Assembly: GCA_032718475.1 (NCBI GenBank)
Contig: JAUCBJ010002007.1
Location: forward strand, 58,835-122,834
Length of the DNA stretch: 64,000 bases
Direction: 5' to 3'
DNA from: Nemertoderma westbladi
Taxonomy: Eukaryota > Animalia > Xenacoelomorpha
Shown: one piece after another, positions 12,437 through 23,800 of the stretch
How the letters are laid out: the number at the start of each line of letters is the position of its first letter
Numbering within the stretch: the stretch's first letter is position 1
The notes under the pieces: generated by a model
The model's database searches: none
Told to the model about the DNA's origin: nothing
The model's input: the letters and a program-made list of their open reading frames with translations, nothing else
Translations under genes and position numbers: made by a program

Positions 12437-14300
12437 TTAAATATTAATTATAACATCTCTATTTTTGATTTACACCGGTTTTTTGGTGTTAGCAATTGGA
12501 TGGAATTCATATAAATTGATTTAGAAATTTCAAACTTGTTTTTTTTGGCGGGTGCCAAATTTTGGTGCCAGCACCAAATTTTGAAATATGTAAATTTTGT
12601 AAATTGATTATTTGAAACTTGATTTTTACACAATTGGGGTTTTTTGGGGTTCTGGTTTCGATGAAATATATACGAGTTGCACCAAGCGTATCAAACTTGT
12701 ATTTTTCGGTGCTGTGTGCAAATTTTGGTGCTAGCACGAAATTTTGAAAATCCATTCAATAGATAAAATTACTTGTGACAATTTATTTCTTGCATTTTAG
12801 AGGTTTATGGCTGTTCTGAATTCAATGGAATATATAATTCTCGAACTAGTCCTCGAAATAGTCCGAACTAGTTCTTGTATTTTGCGGAGGTGGGTGCAAA
12901 ATGTGGTGCTAGCATCAAATTTTGAAAACCATCAAATATATCAATGTCATCTTGTTTCTTGCGTTATAAGGGTTTGTTAGGGTTCTGAATTCAATGGAAT
13001 CAGTAAAAATTTCATAAGAGTTTTCAAACTTGTATTTTTCGCCGGTGGGTGAAAATTGTTGTTTTGCACCAAATTTTGGAAAATGAGTAAATTGATCAGT
13101 ACAATGAGTATGACAATGAGTACAATGAGTAATGAGTGGCCTTACTGCAATCATCTTGTTTCTTGCGTTATACGGGTTTATGAGGGTCCTGAATCCGATG
13201 GAATCAATAAAAACAGCACTGGACATCGCAAACTTGTACTTTTTGGTGATGGGTACGAAATTTGGTGCTAGCACCAAAATTTACCAAATTACGCCGAAAA
13301 ATACAAGTAGCAATTCCATTAGAATTAGAATCCAGCGCCCTAGAAAACCTTAAAATGTGAATTTATAGCATCACATAAGTGAATTAAAAATTTTGTGTTC
13401 TAACTGAAAAGTGCTGGTTACTTGTTTTTTTCATTTTTTTCCTACGCAGAGAGGACTAAACAGCCATTTATAGTATAGTAATCATATCATTTTTAAATAT
13501 TTTCCAATGTATTTTGCGACCCAGAAAACCTGTATTGAAAAACAATTAGCCGAAAAATGTAACTTTCAAATTTTGTGAACATTGTGCACTACTTGTAATT
13601 TTGGTGCTGCAATATAACCACCCCAGTACATTTTTTCGAAATTTTTTTTCGGTCGGATCCAGACTAGTGATACCTACGTACAAACAAAAAATCAGACGTT
13701 TTCGTAAAAATTTGTAGATTTTAGAGGGGGGGGGGGGGGGGGGGGGGTGTCAATATGACCCCCCCCCCCCTGGTATTTGTACAACATTTTATAGCCCGGT
13801 ACTTAATAGGGTTAATATGAAAAGTACAATTTTGAGACATTTTATATCACTGTTGGGAAGCAGGTTGAACAACCTAAAACTGAGAATCAGAAGCAGGGAT
13901 ACCTTTGGCTGAAGCAACACAAACTGGTACGGAAGCACCTTTTGCAGGGGGTACATTTATTGTATTGAATGGAATGGTACAATTTTCTAAAGGATATGCC
14001 AACCCTGGCTGGGGCCGCTGGGGTATGATTACAGATTGGCTAATACTCTGCCATAGTGGAAAATTTGAAAAAGTTTCGGAATCTGAAAGAGAATGCAAAT
14101 CAGTATTAGCCATTGAGTAGGAATGGAATGCTTGGGTTGACATATTTGAAGAAAATAATGGAAGAAATAATGATTGTACCTACGAAATAGTATGCCCCGA
14201 CTGTCTCCCTATAAATAAGTTAAATGTTTCTTTATTACAGGTTGTCATTGGATTTGAGGGACCTTAGAATGGGAAAGATCCAAAGCTAGGTAAATGTTCT

Positions 14301-14837
14301 TGTGACGGGATCCAAGAGGGATCCCGATTTATCCGGTGTGGTATTTAGTCCACGCGTCCCCGCCGTGTGTAAGGGTGAAATAAAGATAATTGAGTTCTGA
14401 AGTTCGGTGTATAATAAGAGGTTATAAGATATAGATATATTGTGAATGTGTACAAGGCGGGATACGGTAACTAAAGTCCCGTGATCCCCTAACTAAACTA
14501 ATTGGCTGTACCCTACGCTAGCACTGCTGCACTGAGATAACTGAATCACTGATTAATAGGTTATTGGTTATATTGCACGGTGGCCTTACTGCTACTCAAT
14601 CGATGCCATTCCCCCCTCTGATTGGTTAATACCCTTGTTGGCGCCCCGTGGAGTATTCCCGTTCACTCCACCTGTTCTCCTTGGGTTAGGGGTTTGGCCC
14701 CTGACCCTCTATTGTGTGCTTCCTTCCCACTCTTATTGGGGTGGCGCGAGTGGGTTAATTGCCCAATCTCGTGGCCCCCAATATTGCTTATCGGCTAATA
14801 ACTTTATGGGGTGTTGGCGGGATTGAATAAGCTAACA
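14301..14837 (-). repeat. 3' LTR (537 bp, TGT...ACA)
   Basis: Begins TGTTAGC immediately after the PPT and ends GTCACA; its last 81 bp are identical to 26448-26528. CCAAT, TATA-like (CAATATAAC, ~14570) and TCAGT Inr-like (~14544) motifs lie on the minus strand. Confidence 0.9.
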
Positions 14838-14846
14838 CTCCCCCCC
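14838..14846 (-). promoter_or_regulatory. Polypurine tract
   Basis: GGGGGGGAG directly abutting the TG of the 3' LTR. Confidence 0.85.
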
Positions 14847-15544
14847 ATGCTATCTTCCCGGTAAGAAGATAGCATCAACCAAAAAAGTGCGCTACAATCC
14901 CGCTGGATCCCGATCTAATATCGGGTGTGGGGTGGAATTCTTTTCTCTCGGGGTCGGCTTTCCAGGCCGCCCCCTATGGGTATGATATCGCTACCCTGTG
15001 TGCCTGGCGTCTCATGTCGGGCCGGTCGCGCTCGCCTCCCACGCAACTTTTGTTTCCCCAACATTTTCCCCTATCTCACCTTCACTCTCATCCTAACTCT
15101 CTCATACCCCCGTACCTCCTCGTCCCTTACTCAGCCTCTCATTCTCCCCCCCCCCACACTAGAATTGCGTTCGCACTCTCTCCGCACTTTACACTCTTAT
15201 TCCGGTTCTCAAGTCCACTTTGACTGTTTTATCTCTCCTGACGAACCTCCCCCCCCTCTCGTGCCGCCGCACTCAAGAAGTGTGAAATTGTCAGTTGTCT
15301 CGTCCATAGTGTCATAGTCAATTGTCCCCCAGTCCCAGTAGCTAATTGAGAAAGGTTGTATGACTATAGTACTTACTCCAAACGTATGTATTTTACTGCT
15401 AATCACTACGTACGTACATACAAATTGCACTTATATAGTTATTTGCATTAATTAAATTTATACTTAATAGTTCGTACGTTACATGCGGCGCCTTCCAGGC
15501 GCACCACGTCCCAGTCTCAGTCTCATTCCCTTGCCTCCGGGAAC

Positions 15545-16558
15545 TCATCTGTACCTCCTCACGTCCTCCTCCCTGGCCCGTTTCTTGGTTATCACTGTTC
15601 CTCTGGCATCATCCGCTTTCTGCTTCCGGACCTTCGCTGCCACTTCCTTGCTGATCCCGGTCGTCGGCTCCTTGGGCGCTGGTGTTATTAAAGCCCGATA
15701 CCGCTTCGCCGGTGGCCCCTCAGAATGGCCTGGTTGTTTCCCTCGTGTGGCGTCCCATAGGATCATCTTCATTGCCTTTGGTACGTGTTCCGCCAAGAAA
15801 TCCCTAAACTTCCCCCAATCCATTGGTTTGTGGCATACGAGCCCCAATAATTGGCCCATCGCCACCGCCCCGCATTGGCCTGAGTTCTCGACCACCCCCA
15901 ATCCATCCGGTGCCGTCATAGCCATAAAGACTTTCTGCATATCCAGGAGGTTGGTGGCGTCCGGACCGATGATCCTCTCCGCGTCCTCGCGAATCGCCGA
16001 TCCCACTTTCGTCGTCGACTTCTCTCTTACTAAGACCTGTACCGCTTTCGGCAGTCGGTCTAATTTCGGCCCGTCCTTCTTCCCATACGTCCCTAGGTCG
16101 AATAAGAAGATGTCCCCATTTGGCGCTGCCAAATGCAAGAGTATGGTCCTGGCCGACCCTGCCGTTCCTCGTCTCGAACCCGCTTCGTCTTCCACGGTTC
16201 CCTCGTCATCTAGGATCATATATCCTCCTCTGTTGACGGACTCTATGAATCTTTTCCAGTCCTTCCTCGGCGATTCCCTCGGATACTTCGGAATCCCGAA
16301 CTTCGCCTCGTCTCCTTTCACTACGTAGTGGAAGTGTTGGAAGATCGCGTTGTCCAGCGACGGCGTCCCGTAGGTCCCGACCAACCGCTGTTCGTGCGCC
16401 TCCCGGAAGTGATCCTGCAGCGCTCGTGCCGCGTGACCCCTTTCCAACCTCTCGTAGTATCCTCTCGTCTTCTCCTCCGGGTGTCTTTCGGTGAAATCCA
16501 CCAATATTTCTTTTCCTCCTGACTCCGCTTTTCTCTTCCTGATCAGCTTACTCGCCAT
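15545..16558 (-). CDS. Extra ORF (~337 aa): DEDD-family 3'-5' exonuclease-like (WRN/EXD2/Mut-7/RNase D-like) with basic termini
   Basis: ExoI-like YMILDDEG; LLHLAAPNGDIFLFDL; LPKAVQVLVREKSTTKVGSAIREDAERI (ExoII D); LLDMQ; candidate ExoIII MILWDA. Uninterrupted, GC-rich like pol, and inside the LTR boundaries. Confidence 0.75.
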   Translation of the reverse strand: MASKLIRKRKAESGGKEILVDFTERHPEEKTRGYYERLERGHAARALQDHFREAHEQRLVGTYGTPSLDNAIFQHFHYVVKGDEAKFGIPKYPRESPRKDWKRFIESVNRGGYMILDDEGTVEDEAGSRRGTAGSARTILLHLAAPNGDIFLFDLGTYGKKDGPKLDRLPKAVQVLVREKSTTKVGSAIREDAERIIGPDATNLLDMQKVFMAMTAPDGLGVVENSGQCGAVAMGQLLGLVCHKPMDWGKFRDFLAEHVPKAMKMILWDATRGKQPGHSEGPPAKRYRALITPAPKEPTTGISKEVAAKVRKQKADDARGTVITKKRAREEDVRRYR

Positions 16559-17073
16559 TCCGAACACTACACTCGCTCACCTGTAGGGTGGTGCCTTACC
16601 AAGGCGCAATACAGATGAGTGATGTACTAAGATGTTTCCTACAGTTCGATAATGGCCTACTTTTCTACTTAACTGCGCCTTTCAAGCTTAATTTAATCTA
16701 ATTAATTTCGGAGCTAGTAAATCAGCCTAATTTACAATTTCCCTCCTTTACTTTTATTATGTTCTAGAACGACTTTCCTTGTGTTACCACTATTTTCCGA
16801 TTTTAGCCCTATTCTATTTATTTATTTATTTTGCTTTGATTCTACTGTCCTACTACTTACTACTGCCTATGGATTTATTCTATTCTCTCTCTGATCCATA
16901 TTCTGGCCTACTCAGTGGGCCTATGCAGTACAGCAGTATGCGTCGTGTGGCCACACGATTTATCCAGCTGCACTCATATGCCCCCCTCTCGCTACTAACT
17001 CTACTTACTGCTATCTAATATCTATATCCTATTTTTTACCCCTTTTACCTCTTACTCTCTCTTTCTAACTAAT

Positions 17074-17691
17074 GGTACTACGTACCCTCTAACTCTAACT
17101 CTAACTAGGTACTACGTACCTACTAACTCTCTAACTATCGGTACTACGTACCCTCTAACTCTAACTAGGTACTACGTACCTACTAACTCTAACTCTATCG
17201 GTACTACCTACCCTCTAACTCTAACTCTAACTAGGCATTACGTACCCTCTAACTCTAACTCTAACTAGGTACTACGTACCTACTAACTCTCTAACTATCG
17301 GTACTACGTACCCTCTAACTCTAACTCTAACTAGGTACTACGTACCTACTAACTCTAACTCTATCGGTACTACCTACCCTCTAACTCTAACTCTAACTAG
17401 GCATTATGTACCCTCTAACTCTAACTCTAACTAGGTACTACGTACCTACTAACTCTCTAACTATCGGTACTACGTACCCTCTAACTCTAACTCTAACTAG
17501 GTACTACGTACCTACTAACTCTGACTCTATCGGTACTACCTACCCTCTAACTCTAACTCTAACTAGGCATTACGTACCCTCTAACTCTAACTATCGGTAC
17601 TACGTACCCTCTAACTCTCTAACTAACTCTAGGTACTACGTACCTACTGACTAACTAACTCTAGGTACTACGTACCTACTGACTAACTAAC
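17074..17691. repeat. Tandem array of 19 units (28-36 bp) with hairpin core GGTACTACGTACC and (CTAACT)n linkers; 166-bp higher-order period
   Basis: Cores at 17074, 17108, 17140, 17168, 17200, 17234 ... 17664; the variant core GGCATTA recurs at 17234, 17400 and 17566. Confidence 0.95.
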
Positions 17692-17801
17692 TTTTATTTT
17701 ATTTTTTATTTTATTTTATTTGTGTGGGAAGGGCGTCTCGCCCTCAATCCCACCCCCCTCAGTCCAAAACTTGGACGACTAAACTTCACTCTAACTCCGC
17801 T

Positions 17802-20800
17802 CTAAGGTGCTCCTTCTAAGAGACAGCATTTACCTACCGCTCTCCTGTAGGTTTTTCTGTTCTTCGCACCTATCTTTCCACCTATCCGCACTTCCACCGA
17901 TCGGACTCTTCCGTCCTCGTCGGAGTAGGTGCCTACAACTCTCGCCAACCGCCATTGGTTGTTGATGATAGTATCATCCGTGACGATTACGAGATCTCCC
18001 TCTCTTAACTCCCTGTTTGGCTTCCTCCACTTGCTTCGCTTATGGAGTGTGGGTAGGTATTCTTCCACCCACCTCCTCCAATACTCTGCGCTAATCGCTT
18101 TAGCTACTTTCCAACTTTGGCGGGAGTGTATATCATCTGGGTCTACACCCCGCATATCGATGGTCGCTGGCCTTTCCATTAGAAAATGGCTAGGCGTCAA
18201 CACGTCTAATGACTCAGGGTCATCATTCTCCGGATATAGCGGTCTGCTATTAATGATCCCCTCGCACTTTGCAAGTACTGTCCGTAAGACGTCTTCAGTG
18301 ACCATGTGGGTGTTCATCAGCTTCGTCATTAGACGTTTTGAACTGCCCACTAGTCTCTCGACGCATCCTAATGTATGTGGTGCATACGGCGTCCTTCTCT
18401 CCCACTTCACTTGTCGTCTTCTCATGGCTGCCCTGACTTCTTCTCCCTCCAAGATGTCTAAGGCCTCTGCCATCTCACTCTCTGCGCCCACAAAGTTGGT
18501 GCCGTTGTCGCTGTATATCACTGCGATCGTCCCACCTTTGCGGTCCCTAAACCTTTCTAAGGCGTTAATGAATGCTGATGCGGTTGCATCTTGGGCGAGT
18601 TCTATCCCTACCGCCCGCGTATTGTTGCATACGAAGATAATACCGTAGCGTTTCTCCGTGTGTCGCATCACCTTGATCTTTATCGGCCCGAACATGTCCA
18701 CACCGCAATGCGTAAATGGCGGGTCGTGCTGTCTTACCCTACTCGCCGGTAGTGGCGCCATCTCCTGTACGGCTCGCTCCTTCTTCGCTCGTCGGCAGGT
18801 CTGGCACTGTCCCACTACCGCTTTCACCTTCTTCCTTAATTGTTTGACCCAATAGGTCCTTCTTATCTCCGTGAGGGTTCGGTTGGTGCCCCCATGCAGT
18901 ATCGATTTGTGGGAGTCCCATATGATCTGGTGGACTATAGGCGATCCTGTGGGAATGATGATGGGTTTTGGTGGCACGACTATACTGTTGTTATATCCCA
19001 CCCTAGAATTCATTACTAGGATCCCATCCTCGTTGAGTTGTGGCGACAGCGTTATCAACTCGCTATCCCGTCGGAGATGTTGTTGGTTACCGACACGTTC
19101 CACCTCGTCGCCGTAGTTCTTGCGTTGTTCATAGCGGATCACTGCCTTGGCCGCTCCTTCCAGATCTATGGTTATCCTGGTCTTCTTGTCCTTGCCGACT
19201 CCCGCAAGGAAATTCCCAAAGGCTCTCCAGTACGCCACTAGTTTCTTGGTCTTATACCAACTGGAACTGTAGCTGAGGAGTTTATCCGTCGGGTTGTCGC
19301 ACAGTTCCCTTCCTGGTTGCACGTCCCTAATCTCCCTCACCATCTGGGAGTATATCTCTTCTCCCTCTGAATCTCCCTCTCCTTCTGATACTGGTTCCGA
19401 GCCCGGGTCCACCTTCTTCATCAGCGGCCAGGCCTCTCTATCGCTCAGAAATTGTGGCCCATGTTGCCACAATACTTCCTTCTTCATGAAAGTGTGGCGT
19501 TCCACGCCCCTCGACAGCAAGTCCGCTGGGTTCTCGTCTGTTGGGCAGTAGTGCCACCTTTCCAGTTCTGTGCTCGCCCTTATTTCGTCCACTCTATTCG
19601 CGACGAATATCGGGTATCTCGTCTTTTCGTTGTGTAGCCAACCAAGCACTACCATGGAGTCCGTCCAGTAGTGTGTCTCCACTATGTTGGGAATTGTATC
19701 CACTAGGTAGGCTGTGGCTCTAACTCCTAGTCTCGCGGCTGTCAATTCTAACTTGGGAACAGATGCTGAATCTGGCGGCGTTGACTTAGCTTTGCTAAAG
19801 GCTAGTCTGGGCTTGTGAGGCCCCTCTCGTTGTACTAAATAGAGTGCCGCTCCGTATGCCTCTAACGACGCGTCGGAGAACATATGTAGGTCCAGATTCG
19901 TCATGTTCCCGTCCGGGAAATACACTCGCGGCATGTTGTATGTTCCCATCCTCTCCAAGTCTCCTGTCCATTTGCTCCACTGTTTCTTGATGTCTTCTGG
20001 TACCTCTACGTCCCACTCATCCTTCAACTTGTATACTCTCTTGAGTATCTGTTTCCCCGTGACTAGTAATGGGGATGCTAGGCCTAAGGGATCGTATATC
20101 CTTGCTATATACGATACGTAACCCCTCTTCGTATGGGTGTCTGCGCCCTCCTGGCTCAGCTGATACTTCAGTTCGTCTGTTTCCCTATCCCACACGATTC
20201 CCAAGGCCTTCTGCTGGGATTCCGTTCTCTTAATCGCCATGTCCTGTCCTTTGGTTGTTGTAGGGTTGTCCATGGTCGATTCTGGTTTCTTGTCTTCTAT
20301 TTCCCTGATAAATTCTTCTGAACTGGATTGGAATTTGGTCAGGTTGAAGCCGGATCCTTTCAGGATGTCGCGAACCTCGCGCCCTGTTTCCAGTATCTCC
20401 TCAACCGTATTTCCAGACTCCATGCCGTCGTCTACGTAGAAACCGCGTCTGATCATGTCGACGGCCCTACTGCCATATCTATCTTCCTTGCCCTTTACCG
20501 TGTCTCTCACTGCCATAGTCGTCGTAAATGAGGACGACTTGGCCCCCATATTTTGTACTACCATCTTATACGCTGGTATTACCGGCGGTTCTTCTTCGCC
20601 GTTATACCATAAGAAGCGTTGACTGTCACTATCTTCCTCTGTTACTCGGACTTGGTTGAACATGCCTTCTATGTCACACGTGAAGGCGTGTTTCCCATTC
20701 CTAAATCTAAGTAGTACTTCTATGCCCGAATTGTATATGTTTGGGCCCTCTAGTAGGTAATCGTTTAAGCACTTTCCGTCGGTCTTTGCCGATGCATCGA

Positions 20801-23800
20801 CTACCATCCTAAGTTTACCTTTCTTTGGGTCTAAAGCTACGTGGAGTGGCAGGTAGTATGTCCTGTCCGTGTTCGGTTCGTCGACCGGTAACTCCACGGC
20901 CCATCCTTTCTCGACGTACTTCTTAATGGTTTTGTGAATGTACTCGTTCTTCTCGGGGCTCCGTTGTAGTGTTTGTTTCAGCTTGCGGAGTCTCGTGAGT
21001 ACCATCCCTCTATTATCGGGTAGCGGTATCTTCGGTAGTTTCCATACCATTCCTATTGTATACCGCCCCTCCTCACACGTCATCGATTCCTCCACACTTT
21101 GTAGAGCCTGCTTGTCTTCTACCGAGGTCCCGACCCCGGTCTCTTTCAGTCCCTCGAAGTCCTGTCTGAGCAGTCTTTTAAGCTGCTCCTCTGCTCCCTC
21201 GTCACCCATTTCCTGCATTGTTCCCGCGAACATGCATCCTGATGTCTCCGACATCCTGAATGGTATCTTGCTCTTAATTGGACCACTCAGCGTCCACCCG
21301 AATGGCGTTAATATGGCCACCGGGTCGCTCTGCTTGTCTTCGCCGAAGACCGTTTGCATTCTCTCGTGGGCTGTTGGGCAGTCCATGCCTACTATGATGG
21401 ATACCTTCCTAACGTCCACGTCTGGGATTGAGAAGTCAATGTTATCCAGGAATTTGTATTGCTCGACCTCGATGTTGGTTGGCCGCCTGGCATTGATGTT
21501 AATTGACTCTATTACTTGGATGGGGTCGATGGTTGCCCCATAATCGCATCCTGGTGCCACTGCTGCAATTGCGCACCGTCCTGTCCTCATCTCTAGGATC
21601 TCGTCTTTGCTAGAGATGGTTGTCACCGCCATCCTGCTTGGCCTCGTTCTCAACCCTATTTCTTCGGCTACCCATTCCTCAACTAATGTGAAGGCAGCTC
21701 CACTATCAACCAGCATTAGTGTTGTTACTGATCGATTGCCTTCCCCGATCACTCGTACTGGTACTACTCCAAGTAGCACTGTTCCTCTCTTCTTCGCCCC
21801 TACTGTGCTCGTTGCCATCGTCTGGCCTCTCCTTTGGCCAAACTTGACCGGTTTCTCTTGGCATTCCCTGGCCTTGTGTCCACTTTTCACACATCGCGAG
21901 CAGATTTTATTGCTCGACGCGTAATCTATCTGGTCTTGCCTCGGTAGCGCCTGCCAGTACCTGCAGTTCATGGTTTTATGAAGCGCATTTGCGTGTAACT
22001 GGCATTTGCTCTTTGGGTCATAGCCCTCTTTATACAATGCATTGCGTATCGCAGTTATATTCGTACCAAAGTCCCTACTATTCTTATTGACTGGGTTTGA
22101 CCTACTGGACGTACTGGGGTTATGTTTATTCATGTTGTTATTGTTCCCCTGTCCGTCCCTTGATGTTGTCTTATCTTCGCTTGTCTGTGGACTTGCAGTC
22201 CCCTGCGTCGCTGCATATGGCAATGATTGCCTGAGTCTCGGTAGCGCGTTCGATGTATTGTGCTCTGGTTTGGGCCTGTAGTGATCTGTCTTTGGTCCCT
22301 TTCCCAGGCTATCTTCACTATAGACTGGGTCCGTTATTAGTTCAGCCTCGTAATTTAAGAAGTTTGACATTTCTTCTAAACCTGGTTCCGCACCCTTCTT
22401 GTCTCGGGTGGAGAAAGCAACCTTCCTCCATTTGTTGCGCAGCCAGCTCGGTAGTGCCTGCGCTATCGTGGTGATGTTATTGGACGCGTTGAGTTCGTAT
22501 GGCGCGTCTAACGTCTTCAGTACGATCAGCGCCTTCTCGACTTTGTTAGCAAACGTCTTAATGCTAACGGGATTATCCTGTAGGCCACCCGATGTTATGC
22601 CTCTCAGCGTTTGCCTGATGATCTTGGCCGGGTGCCCGTATTCCCTATCCAGTGCCCGCCATGCTGTCGTGAAGCCGCCCTCTATTCCTTGGTATTGCCT
22701 CACGATGTCGTATGCTGGGCCTCCCGTGTACACTTGTAGATACTTTAGGCACTCCGCCTGCGTCAAGTTTTTTGTTAGTATTTCGTTACTATACATTCGC
22801 CGAAACTGTAAGTATTCTTCCGGCCTGCTCCCATCGAATTTGAACGGTTCCACGGGTGGTAATTCGATCCTCGTTTTCAACGCATCGATCAACGTGGCCA
22901 TCCCCATTGCCTGCGCTTCTAATGGATTCGACGGGTGCTGTATAGTTTCCCTTGTCTGGTGCGGTTCGTCCGTCCTACTTCTTGATCTTCTCTGACTCGG
23001 ATATGTCATCGGGGGTAGCGGCCCCCTCCATATGTCTGTATCACACGACCTGTTTTCATCTAGGGGTCTCGTTGTTCTTGTTCCTGTCGGGGTATATTGT
23101 TGATATTGTGATGGGGGAATGTCACCCTGTCCCCCCCCCACCGGTATGTCTGGTACTGGGGTTGATGTTAATATGTTGGGGCCCATACACCTATCCGCAA
23201 TAATTCCCCCCTCCCCTGGGTATATGTTATGTCCCTGCATGCTGTAGTCATACTGCTGTGTTGGTACCGGTATAGGCCTATCAGCTTCTGGCCTACCCGC
23301 CGGTATGTATTCCGCGACTCCCGGGTTTAATCCCGTTGTCCGCGCTATCCTATCGCCTACATCGCCTCTCTCAGTATGGCCTACGGTATGTGCAGTAAGA
23401 CCTACAGTATGCCCTACAGTCTGCATGTGTTGCTCGGGATCGAAGTTTATTCTTCTCGAATAATCCTCCCTGCGGCTACCGTATTCTCGATCGGTAGGTA
23501 TATTCCGTCGGAAAGTTTCTCTTCGACCCCCTTTTCCACCGTTTTCATCTTCGTACCGGTACATCGCGTACCCCTCTCTCGGCGCGTAATGCGTCTCATC
23601 GGATCGCATCCCTCCGGGGCGACGGCAATCTCCCGGAGTCCGACCCCACTGACTCTCCGTTCTCATCTCGACTACCGACGGCTCGCTGTCCATCCTCGCT
23701 CTTCCATCTTTTGCGGCGATACTTCTACTACTTTCTTCCTCTCTTCTCCTATCAGTGGAATATTCCCACTCACGAGATCTCTCGTCGACCTCCCGGTTAA

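Larger units (their letters stand above)
10564..13811. mobile_element. Non-autonomous piggyBac-type element (host of nested insertions)
   Basis: TTAA|CCCTATTAA ... TTAATAGGG|TTAA; subterminal palindrome GGGGTCAATATGACCCC at both ends; no transposase ORF. Confidence 0.85.

Noticed and set aside
13725-13747. Long G/C homopolymers as G-quadruplex regulatory elements
   Set aside because: They are part of transposon termini and their lengths are unreliable in assemblies.
15545-16558. env gene call for the third ORF
   Set aside because: No signal peptide, transmembrane helix or Cys-rich ectodomain; the motifs fit an exonuclease instead.
17406-17654. 82-aa repetitive ORF in the array
   Set aside because: A by-product of the repeat; the ATG comes from a single variant unit.
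17074-17691. CRISPR-like appearance (palindromic repeat with regular spacing)
   Set aside because: The intervening sequences are repetitive CTAACT units rather than unique spacers, there are no cas genes, and the context is eukaryotic.
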